DNA of 64,000 bases from Antedon mediterranea (Eukaryota > Animalia > Echinodermata). A program made the position numbers and the translations under genes. This document shows positions 1-12,779 of the stretch, one piece after another. The DNA is taken from assembly GCF_964355755.1 (NCBI RefSeq), contig NC_092675.1:14790912-14854911 (forward strand), written 5' to 3'. Each line of letters begins with the position of its first letter. Positions within the stretch are counted from its first letter, which is position 1. The notes below the pieces were generated by a model, which did no database searches, was not told the DNA's origin, and saw only the letters and a program-made list of their open reading frames with translations.

Positions 1-2150
1 GAATTATGAGGATGCTTACAAAGTCAGCCGTACAACCAGTGTTGCCAGCGATAAAATTTAAATTATGCCGTATCCTGTCTCAAATAATGCCAGATTGGGA
101 AAAATAATGCCAGATCCCCAAAATGTGGTCCTAAACAGCGCCACCAACGGTTGAATGTCTAATAAACGTTTGTAAAACCCCAACTGACACAAAATAGGGC
201 CTAAATTGTATCCCTATGTCGTTCAAAAATTGTATTTTTAGTTTTGTGAGTAATACTAATAACTAATAAATCAAAAAATATCTGGGGTGCGAAAATGGTA
301 ATTGCAAATGACACAAACACCAACCCACGAACCCTTCTCCACCCCCCCCCCCCACCCCCACCCCCCAAAAAAAACCTGTTACAGCCATGGAAATTTAGAA
401 TTTTTGAGCTGAATATGAGAGCTGCTCGATATTTGCACTTAATTTCAAATATGAAAGGATCTTAGCCCACGTCACCATAATTATAATAATTGTTTGATTT
501 ATTAGGTGTTTGATTGAATTATAATGAAATAATAATCATTCAACATCATCATTCAATTTTTAATCATTCTTGCATATCCATTACTTGAAAGAAAGTAAAT
601 AAATAGATAAATATTAGTAGGCCTACACCTGACGTTTTTAATACAATAAGTAATGAATAGTAATAGACACTTTTTGTGTTCCATACTTTGTTGGGCAGAG
701 TTGACGTGAGGCCGAGTTGACAACAGGCCGAGACTTCACCGGCTATTATTCAATCTCCCTTGCCAAAGGGAATGTTAAATCGACCAAATACAGTTGTGCT
801 AATAAAAGGAATTGTGTTTAATATATCTTTTGTATAGATTGCCGCCTCCTTCCGTGTACTATCCTGATGCGAAAGCTCACTAAAATTAACTTTAATAGAG
901 TAGTTAATGGATACTGTAGGATGTTTTAGTTTGACCAGTATATCGACAAAGTACATTGTTCATTTAAATTGTTAATGCCGCAAGGGCCAAAACTGCAAAT
1001 TGTGAACTGGATGCAAGGCGGTATGAACCAATTTTTATCCGCTTATGCAGCATATGTAACAGACAAATATTTTCATTTGGTTAGCAGTACTGTAGTAATG
1101 TTATGGTTAGCATCTACAATGAAACAGGGATTTGTTATTATTCTTGCATACAGTACCACAATATCTTTCTTCGTCTGATCACATACTTTTTTTAAAGACA
1201 GCACATTTTATTTTGAACTATGAAGATGTAATTTTTAAACCATTAGATTGGTCATTATTGACAAATTAAATAGTTTTTTAAAACAATTTTTAGTATTTAT
1301 TTTTAACTCCTTTTCCTGTAAAATTGAATCTAGTTTATAAAACTAAAGCACTTGACGACAGTTTTCACGTCTTTTACCTGGTTAATGTTGCAAAAAGAGT
1401 AATCGGCAATAATCTATAAAGCTCATTGGCCAATGGTGACTCTGCGAATGTGCGCTTTTTCTCGCGAACGAAATTACGCCGATGAATACGCATAAATCCA
1501 TGTAATTAATCTCTGGCTAAATAAAGGTAGTGCAATGAGTAAAAATTCACTTAAGAAATACATTGCTGTAAGCTGTTTTCAAACTATTAATCAGCCCACT
1601 ATTATTATTGAGCTCAGCATCATGCTTCTCGCGATGAAGAATTTCCTGGATAGACGAGTCGAGCGAAAGACGGCGGACCATGGCTGTTGAATGAGGCGGG
1701 CGTAGCCTTAACGGATTAGTTAGGGCCTAAAATTTTGCTCGGTGGCAATTAACTTTAATGTTTTAATTACGTCTGGATATAAACAATATAACTCAGTTTT
1801 GTCATCGGCAATATTTTATACATACAGTCAATTTTGTTCTGCTTAAAAATTTAAAGTTTGACACCCTTGATTTGGCTAGCATGAAAGCATGTCTTGATCT
1901 AATTTTGTGATAATTTTGTTTTTTTAATTTGGCTAAAAAGGCGTTAGCATTTGACTGTCAAGTAAAAAAGGTACTACCTTGGCCTACACCTAAATTCAGC
2001 TCTTTGTTTGTAGAATTTAACTATTTTACCAATAAAATTGTGATTGCAACTGCTGATTTTGCTAGTTAAATTTTTTACAACTAGCAAAGGTTGTTACTCG
2101 AAAAAAAAGTAGGATAATTTCGAGCCCCGTCTACTACTACTAGGTGGGCC

Positions 2151-4330
2151 GGCGCTAGTTCCGTTTCGCACCTGTCATTTATTTCGACTCAAAATTTGTT
2201 CAGTAACTTTATCGTGAGTACCACACCTTGGAATTAGGCCTCAAAAATACTTTTATGAAGGAGATCACACAAAAAGTAACAAATAAATCCTTTAAATTGA
2301 TGAATTTACAGACGTGTTTCTCGCACATCGGCATGAATTTCGCATACTCCATGTTCAATGTTGTTGTTTCTATGGAGCGCCAAAGGAACAATCATAATAG
2401 AGGGCTAAAAACTCAGTATAATGCGTACATATTTAATGCATTTATTGGTGAAAATTACGTTCAATTTTAACATATTTTGTCAATGTCAATGCAGCAAAAA
2501 TGTTACTATTGATACTGTACATGGTTTTCGCAGTTATTGTTAACTTTTAAGAATGAAAATCAACAAATTCATCATCATATTACACTCTTAGTCTTAGGCT
2601 AGGTAGTGATGCTGATTTATGCCTAGGGTCGGTTGATATTTGAAAACAGCACATTACTACGCTCGCGCTAAGGTCAAATTTTCGTTCGCCAAAATGGCGG
2701 AAGGTTTTGACAAACATTAGCCAAATTGAAAATCCTTTAGCCAAATTTAAAAAACCATAAAAATTCGAAAAAATGTTTATTAAATAAATAATGTATTATT
2801 ATTATTAGGTATCCCAATGAACCTGATTTTCGTTACTACGATTTTAACACGTTCGTGAAATTTCAAAAAGTGACGTGTCTTTGAAGTTAAAAATATACTA
2901 TTTCTTATGTACCCATGAGAATAAAAATTATATGGAAAGAACTTGTTTAAGGGATTATTTTTATATATTTATAATCTATGTTTATTAAATATTTTAATAG
3001 AAAACGCGAGTCGAAATCCGCGCCCTAAAAATAACTTTGGAAAACACCTACCCATTTTCGGCTTTAAATACTCTTTATTTTGATATGTAAATCGGTTATT
3101 ATTATTATGTACATCCGCCTCAAATGTCAATTTTAACGATAAAAATTGAAGTCTTTCTCATTATCAAAATCTGGCTAATTTAGTATTGAATTGAAGCTAA
3201 TTTATATTTCTGTTTGATAAAACACATCGTTTTATTTGACTTTGCGTGGACCTCGTGCGAAGAGGCCAACAAGACCAACCCCTGAAAAAAATAATCCTTA
3301 CCATAAATATCAGTGTTTACCATTTTCCTTACGGGGGATTCAGTTCTCCGCTTATTACTAAATTACCGTCGCCCAGGCAATGTGCATGGTATGCATGTAT
3401 TAGCGCGTTAATTAATGATTGGATAACCCCCGCAGTGGACTGTTCCATTTTCTGAACTAGTCTTCGCCGCACACGAGGCATGTCGCCACTCATCATGGAA
3501 TATTTGCTTCGAAACATCAATTTTACTGATATATGTTTCTGTTTACATTTTCTTCTCGAAATTCATTTTCTACGTCGAAGAATAGGGACTTCCCCTTTTA
3601 TTCGCTCATCATGTCGACGACGGCCGGCCACGAACCAATCACATTAACTGTGTGTCATTAAAACGTCATCGAGGCACGCTCTGCGCATGTTTAAACAGAA
3701 CTAAAAAAATGAACACGGCAATCATGACGTCGTCACATAAAATGCTGTGGTGGTAAAAGGTGTACCCGAGTCAGGAAGTACCGAAGTGTGGCGAATTCTC
3801 GCTCCCATAAGAAGTCACGCCGACCGACCAGGCTAGGCTTGGAAATGTATTTTCGCCAATTTGGCGAACGAGGCAATAATTATTTTCGCCAAATGGAGAC
3901 TCCAGTCGCCATTGGCGAATTGGCGAGCGGTTAGCGCGAGCGTAGCATTATGATTATTAACAGTAAAATGTTGCAGCATTTTTATTGAAAAAATATATTA
4001 AAATTAAACGTCTATTTCAATAATATTAATAGATGCATTAAACAGAAGACGCATTCCACTGAGTTTTTAACCATCTATTATAGTTGCTCTTTTGGCGCTC
4101 CATAGAAACTAAAATATTGAACTTCGTGTATGCTAAATTCGCGAACGGTATGCGAGAAACATGTCTGTAAAATCATCAATTTAAAGGATTTATTTGTTAC
4201 TTTTTATGTGATTTTTCTTCATAAAAGTACTAATAATGAGGCCCAATTTTAAGGTGTGGTATTCAAGTTACTTAAATTTGGAGTGAAATGGAAGTCGAAA
4301 TAAAAACAGGTGCGAAACGGAACTAGCGCC
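2151..4330. mobile_element. Non-autonomous foldback DNA transposon, Mutator/MULE-like, with about 380-bp imperfect TIRs (in MED26 intron 1)
   Basis: The termini ggcgctagttccgtttcgcacctgt / acaggtgcgaaacggaactagcgcc are inverted, and the arms match for roughly 2151-2530 vs 3950-4330. The flanks ggtg-ggcc / ggtgaggcc look like a 9-bp TSD with one indel. A further arm copy lies at about 59830-60140. Confidence 0.75.
2657..3945. mobile_element. hAT-like non-autonomous element with 5-bp TSD, nested in the MULE-like element
   Basis: Perfect 15-bp TIR ctacgctcgcgctaa / ttagcgcgagcgtag. TSD catta at 2652-2656 and 3946-3950. Subterminal ttcgcc/ggcgaa repeats. Confidence 0.75.
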
Positions 4331-4757
4331 GGTGAGGCCTACTACTCTATCATCTAGCCTAGGCTAGGCCTAGCCTAGCAAGGCCCTTAGCTCAACTCAA
4401 GAATACTGAATGAAGAATACTGTACTGAGATTGTCAGACATTGCATTGTTGTATTGACTAAAAATGGATGGAAACAAACAAGAAGTAACAAGTTATAATA
4501 TGGCCTAAAAACTTGAATTGGTAATTTAATAGTTGTGTCTAGGCTACTCTTCGAAGCATGTTATCCCAGCTAGCTCACCCGGCATTGGTATTGAACAGCC
4601 CATTGCCTGTGTTTTGTACAGCAATTGAGTTAATCTGCGCAGTATAGATCAGTGTGTGGCCAGACAGCACACACTTCACACGAAGGTAGAAATTGCTCCT
4701 CTACAAGATGACCTTTTTAAAGAAATATGGGCACAATTTTAATTTCAAAGTTCTTAC

Positions 4758-4820
4758 ATTCGCATCTTGATCGATTGCACTTTGCAGTTTTTCCTTGATC
4801 TGTTGCGCGGACAGCGGCAT
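4758..4820 (-). CDS. MED26: Mediator subunit 26, first coding exon (rest of gene presumably left of the window)
   Basis: Translates MPLSAQQIKEKLQSAIDQDAN followed by a phase-0 GTAAGA donor. This resembles the recalled vertebrate MED26 N-terminus (SPQQIRDRLLQAIDPQSN), where the first intron also follows the N. It lies in a locally GC/CpG-rich patch. Only 21 aa are visible. Confidence 0.8.
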
Positions 4821-4899
4821 TTGACCGAAAATCGGCGGTCAAACTCAGCCGTGTTGTTGCGGCTGCACAACGAAGGCCCTTGGTAGACATTACGGCAAT

Positions 4900-5000
4900 T
4901 TCCCTCCGCAAGAGCGCTGAATTCTGGGATACACTATGGGATGGCCGGATCTCCGATCATGACGTCAACTGACGGAAGTTTCCGAAGATGACGTAAATCT
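4900..5000 (-). promoter_or_regulatory. Putative MED26 promoter with CRE and ETS-like motifs
   Basis: Palindromic TGACGTCA at 4960-4967, CGGAAGT at 4973-4979 and ATGACGTAA at about 4988-4996, all 140-180 bp upstream of the ATG in a CpG-rich patch. TGACGTCA is also common in local repeats, so specificity is limited. Confidence 0.5.
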
Positions 5001-5149
5001 TTCATCCGAATAATGCAAATGATAATAATTGGAATGATTCATTTTATAACAGGTAAATTACATACTGTCTGAGACGATGAGGGCAGTATTCTCACAGAAG
5101 TTCATTCATCACTCATTTGGTCAAAATCATTCTCAATAAAAAGGGATTA

Positions 5150-6545
5150 AACAAGAAATATTTCTCGCTTGTTGACGTAACAGTTTTAAAGATATATTGT
5201 CCCCCTGAAAAATATTTTTTATTTCAAATTTGTTTTTGAATGTGTCATTTTATTGTCACATAATAGTTATTATTCATGTTACCAAACAATTATTTACCTG
5301 AAAAAAAATGTAATTTAAAGCAAAAAATACTTAAATTGTTTGTCAGACAAAGGTTTTGGGGTTATAATTTAACGTTTCTTTTCTCTTTTTATAATGATTA
5401 ATGTGAATACATTTTTTTTTACAGAAGTGAATAACTTTTGTATTTGAAGTAAAATACAACAAGAATTCATACTTTGATATGTCATAATTGTGCAATTGAA
5501 ATTGAAAAATAAACAAGAAATATTTCTTACAAAAAACGCTGCTCGCTTATTGAAAAATATTTTTTATTTCAAATGTTTTTTAATGTGTCATTTTATTGTC
5601 ACATAATAGTTATTTTGCCTGAAAAAAATGTAATTTAAAGCAACAAATACTTAAATTGTCTGTCAGACAATGGTTTTTGGGTTTCTTTTCTTTTTTTATA
5701 TGTGAATAAATATTATATTTTTGTTACAGAAGTGAATACTCAATTTCTGTCACTTTAGTTAATTTTATTGCTAAGGTCAAATCTGGGGGTCACTTCATCA
5801 CCCTAGATATTTCAATTGTGAAGTATCCTATTACAAACACAAACTTTAATGGACTGTTTGATAATAATTCAATGAATATCTGACAGTGAATATACCAGAA
5901 ATGCTTAGGGATTTGTAATTTTAGCATGACATGTCCTAATAGACTCTTTCCCAGACGTTTTTTGGTCTACTGTGAATCAATAAATCATAGTGGAGTTTCC
6001 ATTTTCACAAAACTGTCTGTCCTTAGAACTATAACTGCTGCTTGCTTTAGCTTCTGATTGAGTAGTCCTAATGGGACGTAGCGGGCTAGAGCAGCAGCGT
6101 GAAAATACTGAATATGTAAAAGATGATGTGCTTATTAAATAATTTAAATAAAACTGATGTCTAAATAATATTGTAAACTATTGTAGAAATAAGACGAGTA
6201 GACCAAATGATGCTTTAATACTAATCAGTTTATTGTTTCAACTCTTACGATCATGTGCGTGTCTGGGGATCGCATAACGGCATGTCGTGACCCGTATGAT
6301 AAACAACTTTAATAAACAATGAAAATGACTTTAAGAACATCGATGTTCTACAAATATTACTTTATTATACTAAACAGACTCAATTTCTGTCACTTTAGTT
6401 AATTTTATTGCTAAGGTCAAGTCTGGGGGCCACTTCATCAAGCCGAGATGCTTCAAGTGGTGAACAAATTGTATTCTATTACAAACAAAAACTTTGCTAT
6501 TATATAGACTGTTTTGATAATAATTCAATGGTTATGTGACAGCGA
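5150..6545 (+). repeat. Local direct duplications including a Kolobok-like MITE end
   Basis: About 5150-5440 repeats at about 5510-5740, and about 5740-5890 repeats at about 6378-6545. TTAA|agatatattgtccccctg at 5186-5207 matches the TIR of the MITEs at 60381 and 61896. Confidence 0.6.
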
Positions 6546-7122
6546 ATTACAGTATTATAATATCGGTCAACAACCAAAATAATGTTTTGATTATTTGACA
6601 GTGAATGATTATAATACTGGCCTAGGTTGACAGCAATAACAAAGGCCCTGTTTCTGCTGCCAACTAAATACCGTATATTATACGGTATTTTTTGAATACC
6701 GTATATATACGGCGCTCATAAAAAATATACCGTATTTTGTATACCGTATTTTCCCCACAAAATTTGTGGAAAATATACGGTATTTTCAAATTTATACCGT
6801 ATTTTATGTACCCGTTTCTGCTGCCAATAAAAAATACCGTATTTTTTTTTTACATGACAAAAAGTCACCATTCGTGTTTTTATTTTCTGTCGCTGTTAGC
6901 TGCTTTACACTTCCTAGAGGGTGAGCTCGCTTCGCTCGCTCCCCCTCTAGGAAGTGTAGACAATGGTTCTCGGAATGATAATGTTCTCCTTATACATTTT
7001 CTGTCGGTTACCATTATTGAAAATGCTTGACATTCGTAAAACTAAGCTACTTTGTTTCACAGTGTTTTAGATGATTAATAACATTTTAAAGTATAGTTTT
7101 TATTGTTTGGTAGGGCCCTTTG

Positions 7123-9170
7123 CAGGCCCGTATCCAGGGGGGGGGGGTGCGTTGGGTGCAGACGCACCCCCACAAGTCCCAAAAGGTCCACTATTTCCTC
7201 GGTTGGTATTTTTTCTTGTCTTGTTTAACTAAAGACAATATCATTATATATATACAAAATTTACATTATCAATGGTATACAAACAAAAATATGCTAATAT
7301 AAAATGAAAAAATACCGGTAATTAAATTACGGAATCTGAACTGACTACAAACTCGATGTAAAACATGCGCAGTCGATCATGTGACGACAAGCAATAGCTT
7401 AGCGCTTCATGTACGCGGTACGCGGTATAATATACAGTAAAAACGTTCGCGTTCACTTCATATAGCTTCAGCGCCTAGAAAACCACGATGTTCCATTGAC
7501 CGTGAGAGTACGTCAGAGGGCTAATATGCACTTTTATGCATTCATTATTGCCAGCGATCTAACTTACTAATAAACATTAGCTAGGTACGCACTTGTCTGG
7601 CGGTATCCTTTTGTACGAATCGTTCAACGTTGGGTCGAGACGCGTGATATCAAGTTTCATCCAGGGACCAAAATGTGTAATGTAGTTATTTTCCAGGCGA
7701 AGTTTACCGACGGTTACCGAAGGGAACACGTGTACTTTTTGTCGGGGAATATAATATACAGTAAAAAGCGTTCGCGTTCACTTCGTAGCTAGCTTCAGCG
7801 CCTAGAAAACCGCGACGTTTCATTGACCGTGAGAGTACGTCAGAGTGATAATATGCACTTTATATGCATTCATTATTGCCAGCGATCTAACTTACTACTA
7901 AACAATAGCTAGGTACGCACTTGTCTGGCGGTATCCCTTTGTACGAATCGTTCAACGTTGGGTCGAGACGCGTGATATCAAGTTTCATCCAGGGACCAAA
8001 ATGTGTAATGTGTTATTTTCCAGGCGAAGTTTACCGACGGTTACGTCGTGTACTGCGTCGACGTACGCTACACTACAGCAAAAACGAATTATGTTAATTG
8101 TTCGTTTGTTCACCAATTTTTTAATTTACAAGTAACCTTCTGTACCGTGGGGCACCTAAAATAAATTTTTCATCTATTACTAAACAAAAAAACATGCCAT
8201 TTTCGCTTAGCCAACATTATAGCTATAGTTATTACATTTTCAATATCCTGTATGTCATGAATTTCTCACCACTCGGAAGTCCAGATGGTACGCATGCATA
8301 CACCTGGGAGGAATAAACTTTTTTCCCCGACTGAAAAAGGTCTACGCTTGCGTTTTTTAAGCCTCTAGGCCTGATGTTTCCAAAGTATAAAATGCAATTT
8401 TTTGAAGACCTGCAGCTCTAGTTTTAAACATTTTCTTAGCTCAGCCCCAACAATAAAGCTGGTCATATTTCGAAGAACAAGAAGTACATTTTCCGAGACC
8501 TAGCATCTCTATTTTTCAAACATTTCTTAGCTCAGTCACAACCCATGATAGGGACTTATATATTTTTTTTCATGTTTTGAAGTATAATAAGTCCAATTTC
8601 CGGGACCTCCAACTCTATTTTTCTAAATTTTCTTTGAACTTTTATTTTTTAAATTGAAAAATATGGATTGAAACAGTCATCGCGCATCGTTTTTTTGCAC
8701 GCAGTATTTTATTTATGCATTATAAAAAATGGAAAAAATGGCTACCCTAAATCTGATTAAAAAGACCTCAAATGACGCTAGAACGCGTTGCTTCCGGGGG
8801 CTTCGCCCCCCTGGACCCCACCGGGGGCTCTTGGCGGCCCCTGGCCCTCAGCCTAGTGATGCTCGCTTCGCTCGCATAGCCCCCTCATCGGGGAATGTAG
8901 CCCCCGCGTCGGTAAGATCCTGGCGCCACCCCTGCTGAGTTGGCCTCATCATGAAAGCGTTAAGTTCTGGTGTCCATCGTTCAACTAGCCCAAGCCACAA
9001 CAGACAGTCTTACATCAGTCTTTAGAACGTCAAATAACGCAAATTTTTCCAGGGCCTTCGGCCCCTGGACCCTGACCGGGGGCCCTTGGCGGCCACCTGG
9101 CCCCCAGCCATTGTTGCTCGCTTCGCTCGCACCCCCCCCCCCCCCATTATAAATGCTGCATACGGGCCTG
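7123..9170. mobile_element. hAT-like non-autonomous element with 5-bp TSD and an internal tandem duplication of about 320 bp
   Basis: TIR caggcccgtat / atacgggcctg. TSD ctttg at 7118-7122 and 9171-9175. Near-identical direct repeat at about 7430-7718 and 7752-8043. A second hAT-like right end (cctggcgccacccctg) at about 8920-8934. Confidence 0.75.
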
Positions 9171-10321
9171 CTTTGGGGAGGCGGAGGTCATTTGAGGGAG
9201 GTGCTTATTCGAGGGATATATGTTAAATTTTTTAGTTTTAATAATATGGTAACATTTATAATCAAATGAAATCCTCTAATACAGTAGATATGAAAAGTGG
9301 TAAAAAAGAATAACAAATGCTTGGTTAATTTTGTAGATAACAGTGCGGTGAATTCTACTACAAATAGTATAATTGTGTTATTATAAATGTGGATGGACGT
9401 TTATTGGATAGTTGGTTTGGGGGGGGGGGGGGTTTATTATTCAAAGTGATGTTTTATTGGAGAGGCGTTTATTCAAATGAATACCATCCTAATAATTATT
9501 AATACATTATTTAATTTAATCATCTTTTGAAACTGCCGTAACAGAGTGGGCCCAATAAAGAAGACATTACGGCTTGCAACATGGGCAGACATCTCGGTCC
9601 TAACGGGACACAGGAAGATAGCCTACAGTTATTCCTGCAAGCTTACTCAATAAAACTCAGCTATCGGGATTTCACTCGAAAAATGTCTTATCATCAAATC
9701 TCCCTATGTAATTTTATAATACTATTCCCCACAATATATTCTGATTCTTTATGACGTATTTTTAATTTGATCTTTATTAATTTGCAGTATAATTTAACTA
9801 CTGTACCTTCACACACGCGTGGTATGTTTTAAAATAAACAAAAAACTGAAATGGCTATGACTCCTACTATCTGATTTTTTTTTCGTCTTCCAAAGGGACA
9901 CTGTATTGATTGATGGAAAGTGCCTGTTTCCAGTCACCTTTAGGGTCAAATCTATTATTTTAACTGCTCCCTTGTGTTTAAAAGAGAGAAAATATTTGAA
10001 ATCAGGTCGTTGCAAGGTGAACTTATCTTAAACCCGGAAATTACTTTGACCGGGAAGAATTGAAATTGAGAGGAAAATCTAATGTTGAAATCATAAATGT
10101 TGTTAAAAAACTCTTTATAATATCTTCCTAAGATATAAATATGGAACAATAGCGTCGGCGTGCACACTAATAATGTTATCAAATCTACGTTTCGCGGTAC
10201 ATCTCGGATAGATAAGGTAGGTATCCAAGGCGGAGATTTGTACCGAAGTTTTTGCATTGTGCTCGCCTATGTCAGAATTAACCATAATTTATATATAGAT
10301 GTATAGATATATTCGGCGAAA

Positions 10322-10619
10322 ATGTGGAGCGAAGACGTCACAGTTTTACTAAATAAATGTGTGTGGGGAAGCTAAAATGTCTGACCAACTAAAAGGTAAT
10401 AAAAGGGACAACCACATTTATAAAGACATTTCTAAAAAAATAAAGCAGGAGTATGAAATAGACTTGTCTCCAAAGCAAGTAAACTCAAAGCTGAAGAGCC
10501 TGCGAAAGCAGTACAACATTGCAAAATACAATAACTCGGGGAGGGAACAAATTAATTGTCCCCATTACGATGTTTTCTGTGCTCTCACAACATCTCTATC
10601 ACTAGGGCTAGGCTGTTGA
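10322..10619 (+). pseudogene. Frameshifted Myb/SANT-like (trihelix) DNA-binding ORF, probably from a PIF/Harbinger transposon
   Basis: Reading across a frameshift gives MWSEDVTVLL..W.EAKMSDQLKGNKRDNHIYKDISKKIKQEYEIDLSPKQVNSKLKSLRKQY...SGREQINCPHYD, the typical Myb/SANT-like pattern. Confidence 0.65.
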
Positions 10620-12573
10620 AAGTGAGACGTAAAACTTCCTTTATTGCGACTTCTTGCCAGACATGGAATTAGATGTTGATATTAAAAAGAATTCTGCGCA
10701 GATGATAGACGGTGGTAATACCCTGCATATAGACATTGACAGAATGGCACAAAGTATCCATATGCCAACCATCCAGGTAGATAACAAATCTGAGAGGACA
10801 GTGGTCAGCTGTAATGTGCGACCACAGGAGGATGTGGATGATCATCTTGATAGTTTGAAAGAAAGTGTATTGATGCCGACAACAGAGAATCTTTCACAAT
10901 GCCCAAGTGACAACAATAGAAATAGATGGTGAATGCACAGAGAAGGGAGATCCAACTGTTGGTGGGCTCACAAGAGGAAAAGGAATGTCAGAAAATCAGC
11001 GAAAAGTGTGGGTTGTGTCAATGCCAGCATGTGCAAGCACTAATGAAGCTATGCAGAAGTAAAGTGATGTGTCATATCACCATGGAGAAATCAGTCCTAA
11101 CTGATTTCTCCATGGTCATATGAAACTAGTGACCAGCACAACAGATGTAGGAGATACATATCAGCTTATCACCTACCTGACAGAAAGAAGTCCTTTTGTT
11201 GAGAATAACTCACTATTTAATATAGCTAATGGCATGGCAGCGCAAGAAGGACTCAATGTTGAAAGATCAAGAGAAATTGGGGAAAAGATTATTTCATCAA
11301 TAGTTGGAAAATTTGTAGAAGATTTCAAATTCCGAAAAGCTGACCAAGCAGTCACACTAAGGTATTGGGTAAATCTGTTATGGTTCATCTCCAGCTGTTA
11401 TTCCAGCGACTTATTAGGCCTACTATTCGAGATCGCTACTAAGGAGTGCCATCTCTTTTCAATTATGAACTCTGTAGTTATCCTCCTGCATTGTTTGATT
11501 CATCTCCCACTGCAACCAAAGAAGGTAGTCCTAGCTGATACCATTTGTAAAGCTATGTTAGAAGAGCAACGCAAACCCAGTGAAGAGACCCAGTATGTTC
11601 TTGATGGTATCAGCGTTACAGTGCACTTCACAGTTTGTGAAAAAATCTCCAAGGGAACCTCACATGTGGAGCCCCAAACATTGCCACCAACCTCTGCAGC
11701 TGCTGTTTATCACAGCCTCTGTGTGTATTTTCGAATAATGCAATGGAAAAGATCAAACAGAAATATGAAGCCAGAGGAATGGGGTTGGCATATTGTAGAT
11801 GGTAAATATCTACCTAAGCAGACTGATAAATCCCCAGCACCATCTGAACTGCTGAATGTTATCTGCTGTGGTTGCAAGACCCAGTGCAATACGTAAAAGG
11901 TGTACTTTTTGACACGGTCTCTTCTGTAGTGATGTGTATAAAGACTGCAGAGGAATAAGCTGCATGAATTCCGAGCCACCAGACTTACGTGAAAATTAAT
12001 TGACGCTATTAGTATTAGTGCGCAAAATGTTTAAAGAGCAAATGGCTTACAATAAGAAACAAATAAATACCAACGTGACTTTATTGAACAATGATTATTT
12101 TGATACACAGATTTCTCTTTCACCAAAATCCATTCATAAACATTCTGAACATGCTTGGATCACCTCTACCAAGAAGTCATACAATTCTTTCTAATTAAAA
12201 AGGTATGAAAAAATTGAGTCTATATTCATAAAACCAGCAGATAATAGGATTTATGTACGTATTTGGCAGCTATTTAAAAATATGCAAATTAACCAGTCCT
12301 ATATCATTGTAACCTTTTACAAGTGAAAGCTCATGGGCCAATGCCTCACTCTGCAAATTTAAAACATTCAAATAGGTCGTCTACAAGTCAAAATATGTCA
12401 AAATATTGAATTTTGGCGGCCATTTTGAATTTATGCAAATTAGACGTCTTTCCCCTATTCGGATTTGTTGCGACTTTTAGTATGGTGTTATGGGGACCTC
12501 AAAGAAATGCATTGCGGTGAAAAAAATTCTTTTGCAATTAGTTCCAAGTTTTAAAGTTAAAATGACTGGACTA
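10620..12573 (+). mobile_element. Degenerate Academ-like transposase C-terminal region with right terminus
   Basis: ORF 11120-11896 contains LPPTSAA..H.L..YF...QW....PEEWGW....P....PAP.ELL.VI.CGCK..C, followed by a broken Cys-rich CXC-like tail. There are many frameshifts. The element ends ...aaaatgactggaCTA at 12573, an Academ-type CTA-3' terminus. Confidence 0.65.
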
Positions 12574-12779
12574 TACGCTAAGATTATATACAAGTTCCAC
12601 ATGCCATGTACTTTTTTGTCTAAGATATATTTATTGTATAAGTGCCAAAAACCCATTTTTTTTCTCGATATGAGGCCTTTTTATTCACAATTTTTAAAGA
12701 AAAAGCACATATACCATAAAAAATATCCATGTATTTCATTTTTGGAACAGAATAATCCGTGAGGCTCAACTACAAAACG

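Noticed and set aside
1-4570. MED26 exon 2 within the window
   Set aside because: No minus-strand segment encoding a plausible continuation was found by eye; it probably lies left of position 1.
4717-4911. 64-aa minus-strand ORF as a stand-alone gene
   Set aside because: No recognisable protein. The MED26-like peptide is in another frame, so this frame is treated only as a possible uORF.
6904-6958. Perfect-armed palindrome around gctcgcttcgctcgc as an ncRNA
   Set aside because: The same core motif occurs in several local TE ends (about 8861, 9116, 30272, 45171), so it is best explained as a repeat-derived hairpin.
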